This document shows, one piece after another, positions 63,079-64,000 of a stretch of 64,000 bases of DNA. The notes below the pieces were generated by a model that saw only the letters and a program-made list of their open reading frames with translations, searched no databases and was not told the DNA's origin. Every line of letters starts with the position of its first letter. The stretch's first letter is position 1. The position numbers and the translations under genes are program-made. The DNA is from Thermoanaerobaculia bacterium (GTDB lineage: Bacteria; Acidobacteriota; Thermoanaerobaculia; UBA5066; Gp7-AA6): assembly GCA_036493875.1 (NCBI GenBank), contig DASXPB010000054.1, forward strand, positions 5,764 through 69,763, given 5' to 3'.

Positions 63079-64000
63079 ATGCGGCTCGAGCACTGGTGGT
63101 TCACGGCGCCCCTGAGAGTCCGGTCCATTTTCCGGCGGGGCCGCGTCGAGAACGAGATGGACGAGGAGATCCGGTTCCACCTGGAGCACAAGATCGAGGA
63201 GGGGATTGCCAAGGGCCTCTCCGCGGAGGAGGCGCGCCGCCTCGCCCTCCAGGCGATGGGCGGTCTCGAGCAGCGCAGGGAGGAGATCCGGGACGCGCGG
63301 CGCATCCACTGGCTGACGGATTTCATCGACGACCTGCGCTATGCGAGCCGCAGCCTCCGCCGCACCCCCTGGTTGAGCGCGTTCATCGTCGTGACGATCG
63401 CGGTCGGGATCGGGATGACGGCGACGCCCCTCAGCATGCTTGATGCGCTGATCTTCCGGCCGTACCCCGTCCCGCATCCGGGGAGCGTCGTCACGCTGGT
63501 CGGCACGGCCCGCGACGACGCGTACGGCGACTTCTCCCATGCCGAGTACCTCGACATCCGCGATCACACGAAGAGCTACGAAGGCGTGATCGCCAGCACG
63601 ACGCTCCTCCCGGTCGGGTTCGTCGCCCAGCCGGGCGCGACGCCGGAGGTGCGAGGCGGGCAGCTCGTGTCCGGGAACTATTTCCAGGTCCTCGGAGTGA
63701 AGCCGCAGATCGGGCGCACTTTTCGGGAGGACGAGGATCGGGCGCCCGGCCGCGACGCGGTGGCGGTGCTCGCGCCCGACTTCTGGAGGCGCGAGCTCGG
63801 CGCGGACCCGGCCGTGGTCGGGCGGACGATCCGCCTGAACGGCACGGACTTCACGGTGATCGGAGTCGCGCCGGAGAGCTTCCCCGGAATGTACATTTTC
63901 TCGCGCCCCGACTTCTACGTTCCGCTCGCGATGGCGAAGGCGTTCTCGACGAATCCGGAGAAGAGCTTCTTCGTGGACCGCGACGACCGGGAGCTGACCG
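63079..64000 (+). CDS. MacB/FtsX-type ABC transporter permease of the PadR-linked type (5' part; continues beyond the window)
   Basis: ATG 63079 lies 11 nt after the PadR stop and the frame is open to the window end. N-terminus MRLEHWWFTAPLRVRSIFRRGRVENEMDEEIRFHLE..., then TM1 (LSAFIVVTIAVGIGMTA) and a periplasmic MacB_PCD-like region (VSGNYFQVLGVKPQIGR). Confidence 0.8.
   Translation, partial: MRLEHWWFTAPLRVRSIFRRGRVENEMDEEIRFHLEHKIEEGIAKGLSAEEARRLALQAMGGLEQRREEIRDARRIHWLTDFIDDLRYASRSLRRTPWLSAFIVVTIAVGIGMTATPLSMLDALIFRPYPVPHPGSVVTLVGTARDDAYGDFSHAEYLDIRDHTKSYEGVIASTTLLPVGFVAQPGATPEVRGGQLVSGNYFQVLGVKPQIGRTFREDEDRAPGRDAVAVLAPDFWRRELGADPAVVGRTIRLNGTDFTVIGVAPESFPGMYIFSRPDFYVPLAMAKAFSTNPEKSFFVDRDDRELT

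Noticed and set aside
1-64000. Mobile elements, prophage genes, tRNA/rRNA genes, toxin-antitoxin pairs
   Set aside because: I found no integrase, transposase, recombinase, capsid or terminase-like translation. No tRNA-like cloverleaf is visible in the spacers. No pair of small adjacent genes has TA-like features. Intergenic spacers are short and mostly occupied by the two repeat families.

Overview
The window is visibly GC-rich and densely coding. I support about 61 protein-coding genes. I found no rRNA, tRNA, CRISPR array, transposase or integrase. The gene content suggests an Acidobacteria-like chromosome, but this is inference only. It rests on many Hanks-type Ser/Thr kinases fused to TPR or TolB-like modules, a CarboxypepD_reg/TonB-type outer-membrane protein, BlaI/BlaR1 and PadR/permease pairs, and many DinB, DUF4386 and MBL accessory genes.

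The ORF track counts GTG and TTG as starts and contains many long antisense or out-of-frame ORFs typical of high-GC DNA. I re-called several starts by motif, signal peptide and Shine-Dalgarno position.

The clearest pathway is a kynurenine pathway scattered over roughly the first 28 kb in five blocks:
- kynU-kmo at 247-3010
- ACMSD and 3-hydroxyanthranilate dioxygenase at 13313-14855
- a RidA-type putative deaminase at 14878-15276
- kynA at 16393-17499
- a semialdehyde dehydrogenase at 26920-28395

The candidates most worth following up as undescribed biology are:
1. A TIR-like (PF10137/COG4271-type) protein with an unrecognised all-beta C-terminal domain, co-oriented just downstream of an AraC regulator (9003-10975).
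2. A divergent kinase fused to a BRCT domain, just downstream of a kinase-TPR receptor (50517-54369).
3. A membrane wHTH-kinase-TPR protein, divergent from a five-gene operon of unrecognisable, mostly exported proteins (19188-26720).

Two families of intergenic palindromic repeats are present. Two copies of one family place a gene's stop codon inside the repeat's terminal hairpin.

All family assignments come from reading motifs by eye. None has been checked against a database.
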